Source of the DNA: Candidatus Poribacteria bacterium | GTDB lineage: Bacteria > Poribacteria > WGA-4E > WGA-3G | Direction: 5' to 3' | NCBI GenBank assembly: GCA_965198235.1 | Contig: OZ240248.1 | Span: forward strand, 2,987,412 to 3,051,411 | DNA: 64,000 bases | Shown: piece by piece, positions 17,403-27,728 of the stretch | Position numbering within the stretch: the first letter of the stretch is position 1 | How the letters are laid out: each line of letters starts with the position of its first letter | The notes under the pieces: model-generated | Seen by the model: the letters and a program-made list of their open reading frames with translations, nothing else | The model's database searches: none | Told to the model about the DNA's origin: nothing | Translations under genes and position numbers: made by a program

Positions 17403-18989
17403 CTACGCAAGGAAGACCTGCTTAACGAAGTCGATCTTCTTTTGTTCAGCGATGGTTTTCAAGACGTGCCGGGGCACAGGCGTATCCACATTGATAAGCG
17501 TTACGGCGAGTTCCCATAAGCGTGAACGTCCGACAGTCATATCCGCGATGTTGATACCGTGTTCCCCCAGGATCGTTCCCATTAACCCTATCATTCCCGG
17601 CTGGTCGCTATTGTAGATGAGGAGGATATATCCGGTCGGTCTCACGTTTATATGATGCTGATCTATTCGGACGATACGGATGTCCTTTTTGCCGAAAGCA
17701 GTACCTTCGATGACCGTTTCGCCTTTATCGGTTGTGATTGTAATCGCGATGGAGTTAGCAAAATCTGCTTCTGCCTCGCTCTTTGTCTCTGTAACGGCTA
17801 TTCCGCGTTGCTTAATCAGAAAAGGCGCGTTTACATAGTTCACGTCCGTTAGCACAGGGGTCAAAAGCCCTTTCTGTAAAGCTACAGTTATCGGTGTAAC
17901 GTCTTCTTTCTGGAAAAGGGTGCCGTTGTAATGGATTTTAATCGCGGAGATTTGCCCCTCGACAATTTGCGCGTGGAAACTGCCAATTTTTTCAGCAAGT
18001 TCCAGATAGGGACCTAAAATATCAAGCGTCCTCGGGTCAATTTTGGGTTGATTTACAGCATTAGTGACGGGTTGTCCGCGGAGCGCGTTCATTACCTGCT
18101 GTGCTACCTCGATAGCGACATGTTCCTGCGCTTCTGATGTAGACGCGCCGAGGTGTGGGAGTGCCAGCACGTTCTCTAAGTCCAGCAGTGGTGTCTCTGT
18201 TGCGGGTTCGCTTTCAAAAACGTCAAGTGCAGCACCGGCGAGTTGCTCAGTTTTCAAGGCGTGATAGAGGGCGTTTTCATCAATAATACCACCGCGGGCG
18301 CAGTTAATCAGGCGACAGCTTGGCTTCATCAACGTGAACTCTGACTCACCCACACTATGATACGTTTCGGCGTTGAGATGCGTGTGGATAGAGATGTAAT
18401 CGGATTCCTGAAAGAGCGTTTCACGCTCGACAAGTCGGATACCGATCTTTTCTGCCGCGCTGGCTGAAATATACGGATCGTGGGCGATGACTTGCATCCC
18501 GAAAGCCTGTGCGCGTCGAGCGACCTCGCGTCCGATCCGTCCGAGTCCAATGGTGCCAAAAATCTTCCCGTATAACTCAACCCCGATGAAGTCGTTGCGT
18601 TTCCATGTTCTGTTTCGGAGTGAAATCCCGGCAGGCACAATGTTGCGCGCCAATGCCAACAGCATCGCGATCGTATGTTCCGCCGCCGCAATCGTATTTC
18701 CCGTTGGTGTGTTGACAACTAAGATACCGTTTCGCGTCGCTGCTTGTACATCGATGTTATCCACGCCGACCCCGGCGCGCCCGATGACCTTTAGTTGCTT
18801 CGCCTTGTCAATGACCTCCGCAGTTACCTTCGTCGCGCTTCTGATAAGCAGGGCGTTGTAGTCAGCAATCCGGTCCAGCAATTCTTCATGAGAGAGGTTG
18901 AGGTTAACGTCCACCTCAAAATCCCCACTCTCTTCTAAAACATCTAAACCTCGCTGTGACAGCAGGTCGCTGACCAGCACCTTGTTCAT
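17403..18989 (-). CDS. serA: D-3-phosphoglycerate dehydrogenase (long form with ACT domain)
   Basis: 528 aa. NAD motif GTIGLGRIGREVA, catalytic-domain order typical of SerA, and a C-terminal ACT-like segment. Confidence 0.9.
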   Translation of the reverse strand: MNKVLVSDLLSQRGLDVLEESGDFEVDVNLNLSHEELLDRIADYNALLIRSATKVTAEVIDKAKQLKVIGRAGVGVDNIDVQAATRNGILVVNTPTGNTIAAAEHTIAMLLALARNIVPAGISLRNRTWKRNDFIGVELYGKIFGTIGLGRIGREVARRAQAFGMQVIAHDPYISASAAEKIGIRLVERETLFQESDYISIHTHLNAETYHSVGESEFTLMKPSCRLINCARGGIIDENALYHALKTEQLAGAALDVFESEPATETPLLDLENVLALPHLGASTSEAQEHVAIEVAQQVMNALRGQPVTNAVNQPKIDPRTLDILGPYLELAEKIGSFHAQIVEGQISAIKIHYNGTLFQKEDVTPITVALQKGLLTPVLTDVNYVNAPFLIKQRGIAVTETKSEAEADFANSIAITITTDKGETVIEGTAFGKKDIRIVRIDQHHINVRPTGYILLIYNSDQPGMIGLMGTILGEHGINIADMTVGRSRLWELAVTLINVDTPVPRHVLKTIAEQKKIDFVKQVFLA

Positions 18990-19061
18990 AAATCTAAAAT
19001 CCTCTACCCGTATCGCGTTAAAACGGCTGCTCGTACTATTCCACTTGCAGGGTATCCCTAA

Positions 19062-19090
19062 ATTATAGCATGTCCGAAACTCCCTGTCAA
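19062..19090 (-). promoter_or_regulatory. Consensus sigma70 promoter of serA
   Basis: Minus strand reads TTGACA - 17 nt - (TGC)TATAAT. Both hexamers are perfect and there is an extended -10 TG. Confidence 0.55.
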
Positions 19091-19196
19091 TAAGATTTTA
19101 TTTTCCTTTCAGAGCCATTGGGTTTTCCATTTTTTGTAATTTTTTCCCGTCTTTGCTGACATGAACACGCTAATGACAACCGACAACTGAATACTA

Positions 19197-19226
19197 TTGG
19201 ACATTTTTTTTTGAATATGGTAATAT
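19197..19226 (+). promoter_or_regulatory. Sigma70-like promoter candidate for the tatA operon
   Basis: TTGGAC - 18 nt - (TGG)TAATAT. Confidence 0.35.
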
Positions 19227-19291
19227 ATACGCTAATATCCATCGTGCACCCTCATAATGCGCGAATTACAAAGAAACATGGAGGCATGAAT

Positions 19292-19498
19292 ATGTTAGGC
19301 CTTGGTCCGTGGGAATTATTGATTGTGTTGGCTGTTGTGTTACTCATATTTGGTGGGAAACGTCTTCCCGAGCTGGCGCGTGGGTTGGGTAAGAGCGTTA
19401 CGAACTTTAAAGCTGGGCTCAATGAAGAACAGTCGGAGGAAACCGAAACTACAGCACAGCAAGAGAAAGAGACACCACAAAACGAAAAGACCGGGTAA
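19292..19498 (+). CDS. tatA: Twin-arginine translocase subunit TatA/E
   Basis: MLGLGPWELLIVLAVVLLIFGGKRLPELARGLGKSVTNFK is the canonical TatA TM plus amphipathic helix. GGAGG lies 7 nt upstream. Alternative ATG at 19286. Confidence 0.85.
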   Translation: MLGLGPWELLIVLAVVLLIFGGKRLPELARGLGKSVTNFKAGLNEEQSEETETTAQQEKETPQNEKTG

Positions 19499-19578
19499 CC
19501 AGACGATAGGAACGTTCCGTGAATTCACAAGTATCGCGATTCGGAGATCGTTCCTGCAGGGAAATAGGAGATCTTTTG

Positions 19579-19899
19579 ATGCGAGATAAATTACCCGATT
19601 TTCTTCAGAATGTGATTGAAGAATATCCCGATGTTTGGAAAGCGTATCAGGCATTGGGTGAAGCGTGTGGTACCGCCGGTCCTCTTGAACAGAAAACCGT
19701 GAGGCTTGTTAAACTCGCATTGGCTATCGGCGCGAAGTCTGAAGGCGCAGTGCATTCGCATGCACGGCGTGCCCTCCGAGAAGGCATTACGCCAGAAGAG
19801 TTACAACAGGTCGCACTGCTCGCGGTGACTTCTATCGGTTGGTCTTCGAGTATGGCGGCATTGTCTTGGATTCAAGATGTCGTGGACAAACAATCGTAG
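19579..19899 (+). CDS. Carboxymuconolactone decarboxylase (AhpD-like) family protein
   Basis: ORF 19519-19899. ATG 19579 follows AGGAG. The pattern KTVRLVKLALAIGAKSEGAVHSHARRALREGITPEELQQV is typical of the CMD family. Confidence 0.75.
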   Translation: MRDKLPDFLQNVIEEYPDVWKAYQALGEACGTAGPLEQKTVRLVKLALAIGAKSEGAVHSHARRALREGITPEELQQVALLAVTSIGWSSSMAALSWIQDVVDKQS

Positions 19900-21205
19900 T
19901 TTGATCGGGAAAATCAGCATGGATGCAGGTTATGAATGCCGCTCCTTGACGCTTGGGAAGCGCACCTACCGGGTTTTAATCCTCATTGCTATCCTCTTAT
20001 GGATCACTCCGTCTGTTAGCAGAACCGAAACGACATCAACGTTTCAGCAGGGCATGGAATATGTCAAACTTCGGCTCTATCCACAAGCAGTGGATACCTT
20101 TAAATCGATCTTATCACGCGATCCGACAGATGTAAACGCGCTTTTTCAACTGGCGAATGTCTATAAAGTGCAAGATGAGCTGGAGTTAGCGATTCAGACG
20201 TTTAACACCCTTTTGGCGCAGCTTACAGGTTCCCAAAACTTGCCGTTGAATGCCACAACTACAGAGCGGATCCACGGATTAGCGCACCTCGCGCTATCGG
20301 AAATCTATTGCAAGCAGAGCAAATTGGACATCGCCGAGCAGCATGCTAAAGAAGCCGTTCAGAGGTGTCCAACGGATGCGGATATGCATTATCGGCTCGG
20401 TTATGTCTACACACATCAAGCGAAGTTTGACGCTGCACTCACTTCCTTCAAACATACCCTCGTACACAACCCCGATTTTGCCGAAGTTTACGAATGGCTC
20501 GGTTTGATCGCCCTCATGCAACAGAAGCCGCAGCAAGCGGTGGCGTATTATCAGAAGACAATAGCAAGAAAACCGTACGTTCAGAGTGCCTATTATAACC
20601 TTGCCAAAGCTTACCGACTCCTTGGTGATATGCCGGCAGCAACGGAACAACTTAAGGTGTTCCAGCGGATGAAAACCTACTATGATCGGACCTACGCACT
20701 TGAAAGTGCTTTGGCAGAAGATCCAATGAACACGACGCTCCGACTGCAATTAGCAGAAGTCCATCTGGCGCACAAACACATCTCGGCAGCAATTACGACA
20801 TATCAAAGCCTGATCCGGCTGAGTCCAGAGTTGGTGACTGGATACGATAAGTTGGGGCGACTCTACATGGATCTCAACATACCCCAGCGCGCCATTCCGT
20901 TCTTCCAGAAAGTCCTTGAACTAAATCCAGACGCTGTGGAAGCGCATGTTCGGTTAGGGTGGCTCTATACCACACTGAAGGCGTTTGACGAGGCAGAATC
21001 GCATCTGCAAGCGGCTATAGAGAAGATGCCCGGACTTACCTTAGCATACCACGGGTTAGCCGAAATTTACACGAAACAGGGGTATCTTCAGAAGGCGATA
21101 GATGTCTACCGACATATCACAGAAATCGCACCTAACGACAAAGACGCTTGGAAGGCATTACAAAACTTAGAGCGTTTGAAGAAGAATCCACAAACGACGC
21201 GATAA
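19877..21205 (+). CDS. TPR-repeat protein with N-terminal membrane anchor
   Basis: Multiple 34-aa TPR units (A...Y..AL...P....A...LG). Start ambiguous: ATG 19877, which overlaps the upstream gene, or ATG 19919. Confidence 0.8.
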   Translation: MSWTNNRSLIGKISMDAGYECRSLTLGKRTYRVLILIAILLWITPSVSRTETTSTFQQGMEYVKLRLYPQAVDTFKSILSRDPTDVNALFQLANVYKVQDELELAIQTFNTLLAQLTGSQNLPLNATTTERIHGLAHLALSEIYCKQSKLDIAEQHAKEAVQRCPTDADMHYRLGYVYTHQAKFDAALTSFKHTLVHNPDFAEVYEWLGLIALMQQKPQQAVAYYQKTIARKPYVQSAYYNLAKAYRLLGDMPAATEQLKVFQRMKTYYDRTYALESALAEDPMNTTLRLQLAEVHLAHKHISAAITTYQSLIRLSPELVTGYDKLGRLYMDLNIPQRAIPFFQKVLELNPDAVEAHVRLGWLYTTLKAFDEAESHLQAAIEKMPGLTLAYHGLAEIYTKQGYLQKAIDVYRHITEIAPNDKDAWKALQNLERLKKNPQTTR

Positions 21206-21215
21206 ATTTCTCCTT

Positions 21216-22901
21216 ATGCGGAAAACTAATCTTAATGGCATCCCGTCCCTCTATCGCCTTTTCGCATTCGCACTTATAAGTTTCCAATATTGCACAATCG
21301 CGGTCCCAGAACCGATTTTCGTCGATGTTACGGAATCCGCAGGGATAACATTTGTGCATACCGACGGCAGAAGCGGTTTGAGACTCTTCAATGAATTCCT
21401 CGGATCCGGTGGTGGATTCTTCGATTATGATGGAGACGGTGATCTCGACATCTACCTCGTCAATGGCGCGGTTCAAACAGGAAATGGACAAGACCAAACC
21501 TCGCATAACGTCCTCTATCGAAACAACGGCGATAACACCTTCACCGATGTCACCGACAAAGCAGGTGTAGGAAGTAGTGCCTACGGCACCGGTGCCGCTG
21601 TCGGTGATTACGATAACGACGGCGATATAGATCTGTACGTTACCAACTTCGGTGGAGATCAACTCTATCGGAATAATGGTGACGGGACATTCACAGACGT
21701 GACAACACACGCCCAAGTTAACAATCCGAACTGGGGCACCAGTTGTGCGTTTGCCGATGTGGATAACGATGGACACTTGGATCTCTATGTGGCGAACTAC
21801 GCCGCATACGTACCGAAGGACGACATCCGGTGTGAAGAACGCGGGGTTCACGTCTATTGCGGTCCGCATGCGTATCCGGCGGTTCATGATACCTTTTACA
21901 AGAACAACGGAGATGGCACCTTCACCGATATGTCGGCTTTGTTTCGTCCCTCGGACCTGATTCCGCAACACGGTTTAGGTGTAACGTTCGGCGATTACGA
22001 TGCCGATGGAGACACCGACCTCTACGTCGCGAACGATCAGGATCCGAACTTTCTGTTTCAAAACAGCGGGATCAGTAATTTTTTGGAGGTTGCATTAATT
22101 TCAGGTGTATGCTATAATGATATGGGTAAAGAGGAAGCCGGCATGGGTACTGATTTCGGGGACTATGACAACGACGGATGGCTCGATCTCACCGTCAGCA
22201 ACTACCAGACCGAAACCAATACCGTTTATCATAATCATGACGGCACCTTTTTTATCGACAATACGATTACATCAGGTATCGCAGAAGTAACACACGGCTA
22301 TTTGGGATGGGGCATCAAATTTTTTGATTATGACAACGATGGATACCAAGACATCTTTGTCGCGAACGGGCACTTGATGGATAACATTACCGTGCTTGAG
22401 AAGCATGTAACCTATCCACAAAGGAATCTGTTGTTCAGGAATTTAGGCGACGGCAGGTTCACCAATGTCATATCAGAGACGGATGGCTTGGCACAGGAAA
22501 AGGTGAGTCGCGGTGCTGCTATCGGTGATTACGACAACGATGGCGACCTTGATATCCTTGTCACCAATTGCAATCAACGTCCAGATCTGCTCCAAAACGC
22601 CATCGGGAATCGAAATAATTGGATACAGATCCAAATCGTCGGACAAAAAAGCAACCGCTCTGGGATTGGCGCAAAGATTAAAGTCGTCACCGGAACACAT
22701 ATCCAGTATTGGGAGGTACAGAGTGGCGGGAGTTATCTCTCCTTTCACGACTTGCGTGCCCATTTTGGCGTTGGCAAAGTGGAACAGATTGATCTTCTTG
22801 AAATTCGCTGGCAAAGCGGACACATTGACCGAGGGATACACCTCCCCGTCAACCGGAAGTTTCTGGCAGTTGAAGGGAATGGGATTGTTTCGATAGATTA
22901 A
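21216..22901 (+). CDS. CRTAC1-family protein (FG-GAP/VCBS repeats plus ASPIC/UnbV domain)
   Basis: Repeated D.D.DGD.D.Y..N motifs, then C-terminal NRSGIGAKIKV...GGSYLS, typical of ASPIC/UnbV. Confidence 0.85.
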   Translation: MRKTNLNGIPSLYRLFAFALISFQYCTIAVPEPIFVDVTESAGITFVHTDGRSGLRLFNEFLGSGGGFFDYDGDGDLDIYLVNGAVQTGNGQDQTSHNVLYRNNGDNTFTDVTDKAGVGSSAYGTGAAVGDYDNDGDIDLYVTNFGGDQLYRNNGDGTFTDVTTHAQVNNPNWGTSCAFADVDNDGHLDLYVANYAAYVPKDDIRCEERGVHVYCGPHAYPAVHDTFYKNNGDGTFTDMSALFRPSDLIPQHGLGVTFGDYDADGDTDLYVANDQDPNFLFQNSGISNFLEVALISGVCYNDMGKEEAGMGTDFGDYDNDGWLDLTVSNYQTETNTVYHNHDGTFFIDNTITSGIAEVTHGYLGWGIKFFDYDNDGYQDIFVANGHLMDNITVLEKHVTYPQRNLLFRNLGDGRFTNVISETDGLAQEKVSRGAAIGDYDNDGDLDILVTNCNQRPDLLQNAIGNRNNWIQIQIVGQKSNRSGIGAKIKVVTGTHIQYWEVQSGGSYLSFHDLRAHFGVGKVEQIDLLEIRWQSGHIDRGIHLPVNRKFLAVEGNGIVSID

Positions 22902-22935
22902 CCTATGTTAAAAAAGTAAAATACTTCTCTTCGCT

Positions 22936-22956
22936 GGCGAGGTTTGTAACCTCGCC
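22936..22956. repeat. GGCGAGGTT-TGT-AACCTCGCC hairpin word
   Basis: Perfect 9-bp stem. The same word occurs at 60010-60030, reversed at about 8301-8322, and as half copies at 36961 and 37166. Confidence 0.8.
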
Positions 22957-22986
22957 CTATCCCGAAGAGACTTTCATGGAGGAAAA

Positions 22987-23762
22987 ATGAAAACCCTGTT
23001 TATAATGCTAACAGTCTTTTACGCGTTTACGGCATCTTTTGCCTACGCGTTGAACGAACCGGAGGATTCTCTCATCCTCTACTTCTCTTTTGATGAACTC
23101 GATGGTAAAACGCCATCGATCATTCAAAGTATGAGAACCATGGTGAAATAGTCGGCAATCCAAAGCACGTTGAAGGCAAATTCGGCAAAGCTTTGGAACT
23201 TAACGGCAAAAGCGACTGGGTTGTGGTGCCGCATCACGAGATTCTCACCGTTGACGAGAGTGTAACAGTGATGGCTTGGATTAATACTGAACGCCATCAA
23301 GGACCTGGTGGACAGCGGTGGCAAGGCATTGTTGCAAAGAGCAACGGTCCACGTTCCTATAGTTTCTACACCGAATTTCCGAGTGAATGTTTGCACCTCA
23401 GTGTCGGTGGCGGAAGCGTTTGCAACAAAAAGGTCCCCCTAAATGAATGGGTACACGTCGTCGCACAGGTAGATGGCGGCTCGACACACAAGTATTGGGT
23501 GAACGGTGAAGCAGCTGGCGAATTCGGTGGCAAAAATAATCCACCCGGTAAAGCCGATACAGCGGATGTCCTTGTGGGTAAAACACACGAAAATCAACGC
23601 GAATTCCTTGGGCTCATTGACGAGGTCCGTGTCTGGAACCGTGCCCTTGATGAGGATGAGGTTATTGAACATATGGAGAGCGGCTATTTCGATATTTTCG
23701 CCGTTGATCCGCGCCAGAAACTCGCCACAACTTGGGGACACTTAAAGACATCACAACGATAA
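22987..23762 (+). pseudogene. LamG-domain secreted protein with a 1-nt frameshift near 23110
   Basis: ATG 22987 after GGAGG gives MKTLFIMLTVFYAFTASFAYA...LILYFSFDELDGKT, then a stop at 23149. Shifting one frame at about 23111 continues AIDHSKYENHGEIVGNPKHVEGKFGKALELNGKSDW, joining ORF 23193-23762. Ends KLATTWGHLKTSQR. Confidence 0.7.
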
Positions 23763-23879
23763 AATTTGTCCGGGTGCGCGCTTCTGAATCGCAATAATGT
23801 AATACAAGGAATGGATTTAGTCTATTTCCAGATTAAATCCGGTTCTCAGCGCGCACTCTCTATCTACTTTATGAGTCGT

Positions 23880-24140
23880 CAGTATTGGCTGAATGGTGAA
23901 GCCGTTGGCGAATTCAGCGGTCAAAACCCTTTACCGGGGGCTGCCGATACTGCGGATGTCCTCGTCGGGAAGACACACGAAGGCAACCGTGAATTCCTTG
24001 GACTCATTGACGAAGTCCGCATCTGGAACCGTGCCCTCAGCGAAGACGAAATTCTCGCGGAAATGGAGACATCGTTGACGCCAGTCGAGCCGCTTGGGAA
24101 ACTGTCCACGACTTGGGCGGCACTGAAATCCCAAAGGTAG
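23880..24140 (+). pseudogene. 3'-terminal LamG gene fragment (partial duplicate of the preceding gene)
   Basis: YWLNGEAVGEFSGQNPLPGAADTADVLVGKTHEGNREFLGLIDEVRIWNRALSEDEI...KLSTTWAALKSQR parallels the last ~85 aa of 22987-23762. There is no N-terminal domain or signal peptide. Confidence 0.65.
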
Positions 24141-24205
24141 ATACAGTTCTTTCAGAGGTGGTGCGGTTCAAACCGCACCTGTCTCTTTATTTTGCGAAAA
24201 GGAGA

Positions 24206-24619
24206 ATGTATAACGTCATGAACGGAAAATTTATAGCGTCAGGGAACGTAGAACGAGACGAACTCGACTGGGGAACAATCGGTTGGCTCAGCCGCCCAGA
24301 AAGTACAGGCGCGAAAGACATTGTCGCCATGGAAGTTAGCCTCTCCCCCGGGTATGGACACGACTTCCATAAGCATCCTGACCAAGAGGAGGTTATCTAC
24401 GTTATAGAAGGGAGTGTAGAGCAGTGGCTTGAGGATAAGAAGCAGACGCTCAACGCAGGTGACTCTGTATTCATCCCCGCAGACATGGTCCACGCATCCT
24501 TTAACGTCTCCTCTCAGTCAGCGAAATTATTTGTTACCCTCAGCCCCAGCAAAGGCGCAGAGGGGTATCAACTCATTGATGTTTACGATCAGGCACCGTG
24601 GAATACGCTCCGCTCGTAA
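24206..24619 (+). CDS. Cupin-domain protein
   Basis: Cupin motifs GYGHDFHKHPDQEEVIYVIEG and GDSVFIPADMVHA. Alternative ATG at 24218. Confidence 0.8.
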   Translation: MYNVMNGKFIASGNVERDELDWGTIGWLSRPESTGAKDIVAMEVSLSPGYGHDFHKHPDQEEVIYVIEGSVEQWLEDKKQTLNAGDSVFIPADMVHASFNVSSQSAKLFVTLSPSKGAEGYQLIDVYDQAPWNTLRS

Positions 24620-24899
24620 CCGTCTTTTTAACTTTTTTAACAATTGCTTCTGAGCTGCCCTTGCCGTTGTCAGGGAACAGTATTCCAATAGTTAGAAAAC
24701 CCGTCATAATCCAGAGGTGGTTGGAATTAACCGAAAACCACCGTGAAACGTTTTTTAAACGATGAGCCTCTGAACTGCTCTCCATTACATTGCGAGCAGG
24801 TTTCAGATTTATTCAGTTGCTTTCCTTTAAAAACCCCGTAGGGGTGAAATCTCTGTAGAGGAACGGTGCCCAGATTTAATAGTTAAAAAAGTTAAAAAA

Positions 24900-25730
24900 A
24901 TGCTTGGAACGCCTGTCCCTGAAACATCAATGTCAATTCGCCAACGGATGCGTGAGTTCTACGAAACATCGGAAACCTATAAAGGGCTTCTATCTGCGCA
25001 CGATGAAGCGTATCTCCGACACTACGTAGAATTGGTAATCCGCTATGCCCCGCCGCGTTCCAAAGTACTTGACCTCGGATGCGGGAACGGTATCTCGGCG
25101 CGGCTGCTCAATCAAGCGGATTTTGATGTCGTCGGAACCGACATCTCTCCGCTCTTTCTTGAAGACGCGCACGCATGGGAAAATCCGAGACTCCGCTATC
25201 AAGTTTGCGATGTGATGGAACTTCCCTTTGAAAGCGAGTCCTTCAATGTTATCTGTTCAAACGAATTGATCGAACATCTGCCCGACGTAGAAACGGCGTT
25301 AACCGAGATGATAAGGGTTGTGTGCAAGGGCGGGAGAATTGTGCTTTCCGGACCCAATCTCTGCTCACCCTTAATTCCGTTTCTTGACTGGCTCAACCTG
25401 ATGTTTGGCAAACCCGGCAGACCCGTCTGGGGTGAGACGAAACGGCAAGCGTTGCAGCAATTTACACGTAACTGCAGGCTCTATGTCTGGAAACGGTTCT
25501 TGACGAAATCACCGAACTTCATTTACCGTGAACCCGATTTACAGGCGGATGCCATCGGCGGTGATGCAGATAGTGCTTATTATGCCAGCTCTGTTGATCT
25601 CGCACAATTTTTCCGATCATACGGGTTCACGATAATCAGAAAAGCCGTTGGGTTCGGGATAAAAGGCAGGATGATCGCGGGCGCGTTTCCGTACTTGAGT
25701 CCTTATATCACGATGGTCGTCGAAAAATGA
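24900..25730 (+). CDS. Class I SAM-dependent methyltransferase
   Basis: Motif I VLDLGCGNGISA and the post-I acidic residue. 4-nt ATGA overlap with the next gene. Confidence 0.8.
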   Translation: MLGTPVPETSMSIRQRMREFYETSETYKGLLSAHDEAYLRHYVELVIRYAPPRSKVLDLGCGNGISARLLNQADFDVVGTDISPLFLEDAHAWENPRLRYQVCDVMELPFESESFNVICSNELIEHLPDVETALTEMIRVVCKGGRIVLSGPNLCSPLIPFLDWLNLMFGKPGRPVWGETKRQALQQFTRNCRLYVWKRFLTKSPNFIYREPDLQADAIGGDADSAYYASSVDLAQFFRSYGFTIIRKAVGFGIKGRMIAGAFPYLSPYITMVVEK

Positions 25731-26569
25731 ACATTCGTCCGGACGATTTTGTCTTAGAAATAGGGAGCGGTCATAATCCGAAAGCACGCTCGGATGTTTT
25801 ATGTGATAAATTTATATCGGACGACGAACAACGCGGCGGTGCAATCGTCACTGACCGCCCGATAGTGGAAGCGGATGGTCAGTTTTTGCCATTTGCAGAC
25901 CGGGCGTTTGACTATGTTATCTGCTCGCATGTATTGGAGCACGTCGAAGATCCTGTGCAACTTATCACCGAATTAGAGCGCGTTGCACGCCGTGGATATA
26001 TTGAAACACCCTCTGAAATAGGGGAGCGAATCTACGGCTGGCACTATCATAACTGGGTGGTCAACCTTGTTGATGGCTGTTTGATGCTGCGGAGGAATGA
26101 GAGAGATTCCCAGTTCGGACAACTCTTCCATAGGCTGGCGGCGACGGATAAGCATTGGAAACGGTTTCATCTTACGCATCATCACCTCTTGCTGGTCGAG
26201 TATGAATGGGAAAACGAAATAAACTATAAAATACTTCCCGATCAAAAGCCAGCATTGAACTTAGAATGCCCAGATACCCTTGAGAGACTCATTGCATCGG
26301 ATAATAACACCTCAGGACAGAGTGAGTGGCTGCTACTTCTTAAAAACGTAGTACCGCGGCGCGTCGTTTCTCAGACAAAATCGCTCTTGGTAAGAAGCAA
26401 ACGTCGCCAGACGAAAACATTACAGGAAATTCTCGTCTGCCCGCAGTGTAAAGGCGAGATTACATGGGAAGAACAGCGTCTCCACTGCGAAGTGTGTGAA
26501 CGACACTATCCAATTGTGGATGGAATTCCGAGATTCTCTATAGACATTGCCCCCCGCTGGGGTGCTTAA
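25727..26569 (+). CDS. Methyltransferase-domain protein with C-terminal Trm112-like zinc ribbon
   Basis: VLEIGSGHNP and FDYVICSHVLEHVEDP. C-terminal CPQCKGEI...CEVCERHYPIVDGIPRF. Confidence 0.75.
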   Translation: MNIRPDDFVLEIGSGHNPKARSDVLCDKFISDDEQRGGAIVTDRPIVEADGQFLPFADRAFDYVICSHVLEHVEDPVQLITELERVARRGYIETPSEIGERIYGWHYHNWVVNLVDGCLMLRRNERDSQFGQLFHRLAATDKHWKRFHLTHHHLLLVEYEWENEINYKILPDQKPALNLECPDTLERLIASDNNTSGQSEWLLLLKNVVPRRVVSQTKSLLVRSKRRQTKTLQEILVCPQCKGEITWEEQRLHCEVCERHYPIVDGIPRFSIDIAPRWGA

Positions 26570-26615
26570 AAGGAATTCCTTTGAAGTTCTCCAGCGGAGA
26601 GTTATGTCTATAGGA

Positions 26616-26648
26616 GAAGGCAGCCCAGGAGCAATAAATTAAAAAATG
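26616..26648 (+). promoter_or_regulatory. 33-nt start-proximal repeat module ending in the ATG
   Basis: GAAGGCAGCCCAGGAGCAATAAATTAAAAAATG, identical to 47441-47473. Confidence 0.8.
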
Positions 26649-27623
26649 AATGTAGTACCGAAAGAATTTATCCGCGTGATGCCAGATACAATCCGAGGCT
26701 TCGTCAGTGACGCTTTCCAGAAGGCAGGGACCTCAGAGGCGGACGCTACGCACATCGCACACCTGCTGGTTCTCACGGACCTACGCGGTGTGTTCAGTCA
26801 TGGCACACGCCAAACGCCGGGATATGTGGGAATGATACTTGACGGCAAAGTAAATCCACGTCCGAACGTCCGCTGCATCGATGAATCCCCGACGACAGCG
26901 GTCTACGACGGTGATGGCGGTATGGGACATTTTGCCTCGTATCATGCCGCGAAAGCAGCGGTCAAAAAAGCCAAAGAGATGGGACTCGGTGCCGCAACGA
27001 GTCGGAATCACTTTCACTTTGGGAGTGCTGGCAAGTATTCACGGCTCGCACTTGAAGCCGATTGCGCCGGGTTTGCGGTCTCCTCCCACCGTTTTCGACA
27101 CAGCCCTGACAGCGCGATTGCCACCGCAACTGGAGCTTCGCCGATGAGTTTTGCAATTCCGGCGGGCAACCAGCCGCCCATAGTCGTCGATATGGCAACC
27201 GGCGTTGATGCCAAGCTGCCGTTGGAACAAGCGTTTGAACAGAGTCCCGCTGCGTTCTTCAAGATGTTGGGTTTGAGTCATGTGAGTCATGCACTCGGTG
27301 GGTTTATGGCAGGCATCTGGTTGTTCGATAAGCCGCCGGATCTCCCAATAATCTGGGAAGGTGCCAATCAAGGTGCTTTCATTGCAGCGATTGACATTTC
27401 CCGATTCCGACCGATTGACGAGTATAAGGCGGAGATCGACCAACATATCCACGATGCCCGACAGATGCAACCGGCACCCGGCTATGACCGATCGGATCTG
27501 CCCGGCGGCTTAGAATGGGAGCGCGAACAGGAATGGGCTGAAATCGGCATCCCGGTTGGCGAAGAACATCGAGAACAGTTGAAAATAGTTGCTGAACGAG
27601 TTGGCATTCCGCTTCCATTCTAA
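26646..27623 (+). CDS. Ldh_2 family (malate/L-lactate/ureidoglycolate dehydrogenase-like) oxidoreductase
   Basis: LTDLRGVFSHGT, NHFHFGSAG and overall family length. Confidence 0.8.
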   Translation: MNVVPKEFIRVMPDTIRGFVSDAFQKAGTSEADATHIAHLLVLTDLRGVFSHGTRQTPGYVGMILDGKVNPRPNVRCIDESPTTAVYDGDGGMGHFASYHAAKAAVKKAKEMGLGAATSRNHFHFGSAGKYSRLALEADCAGFAVSSHRFRHSPDSAIATATGASPMSFAIPAGNQPPIVVDMATGVDAKLPLEQAFEQSPAAFFKMLGLSHVSHALGGFMAGIWLFDKPPDLPIIWEGANQGAFIAAIDISRFRPIDEYKAEIDQHIHDARQMQPAPGYDRSDLPGGLEWEREQEWAEIGIPVGEEHREQLKIVAERVGIPLPF

Positions 27624-27728
27624 ATTCAGAATACTCTCAGCAAGCCAACAACGGCGGCTTGCGGAACTTAATCGAAAACCCTTGTGAAACCAACATTGTA
27701 GTTTAACGCTTCGCGCAAAATTAAAATT

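Noticed and set aside
20294-20749. 151-aa minus-strand ORF
   Set aside because: It is antisense to the TPR gene, which shows a regular 34-aa periodicity on the plus strand.
21132-21971. 279-aa minus-strand ORF
   Set aside because: It is antisense to the CRTAC1/FG-GAP gene. Its sequence is a low-complexity mirror of the DxDxDG repeats. The plus-strand gene has a coherent domain structure.
24158-24182. GGTGCGGTTCAAACCGCACC, which looks like a tRNA T-arm
   Set aside because: It has a 6-7-bp stem with a 6-nt loop. There is no acceptor, D or anticodon arm upstream, where the sequence is the LamG fragment. A similar GTGCGGTT..AACCGCA hairpin at 36914 shows it is one of the repeat hairpins.
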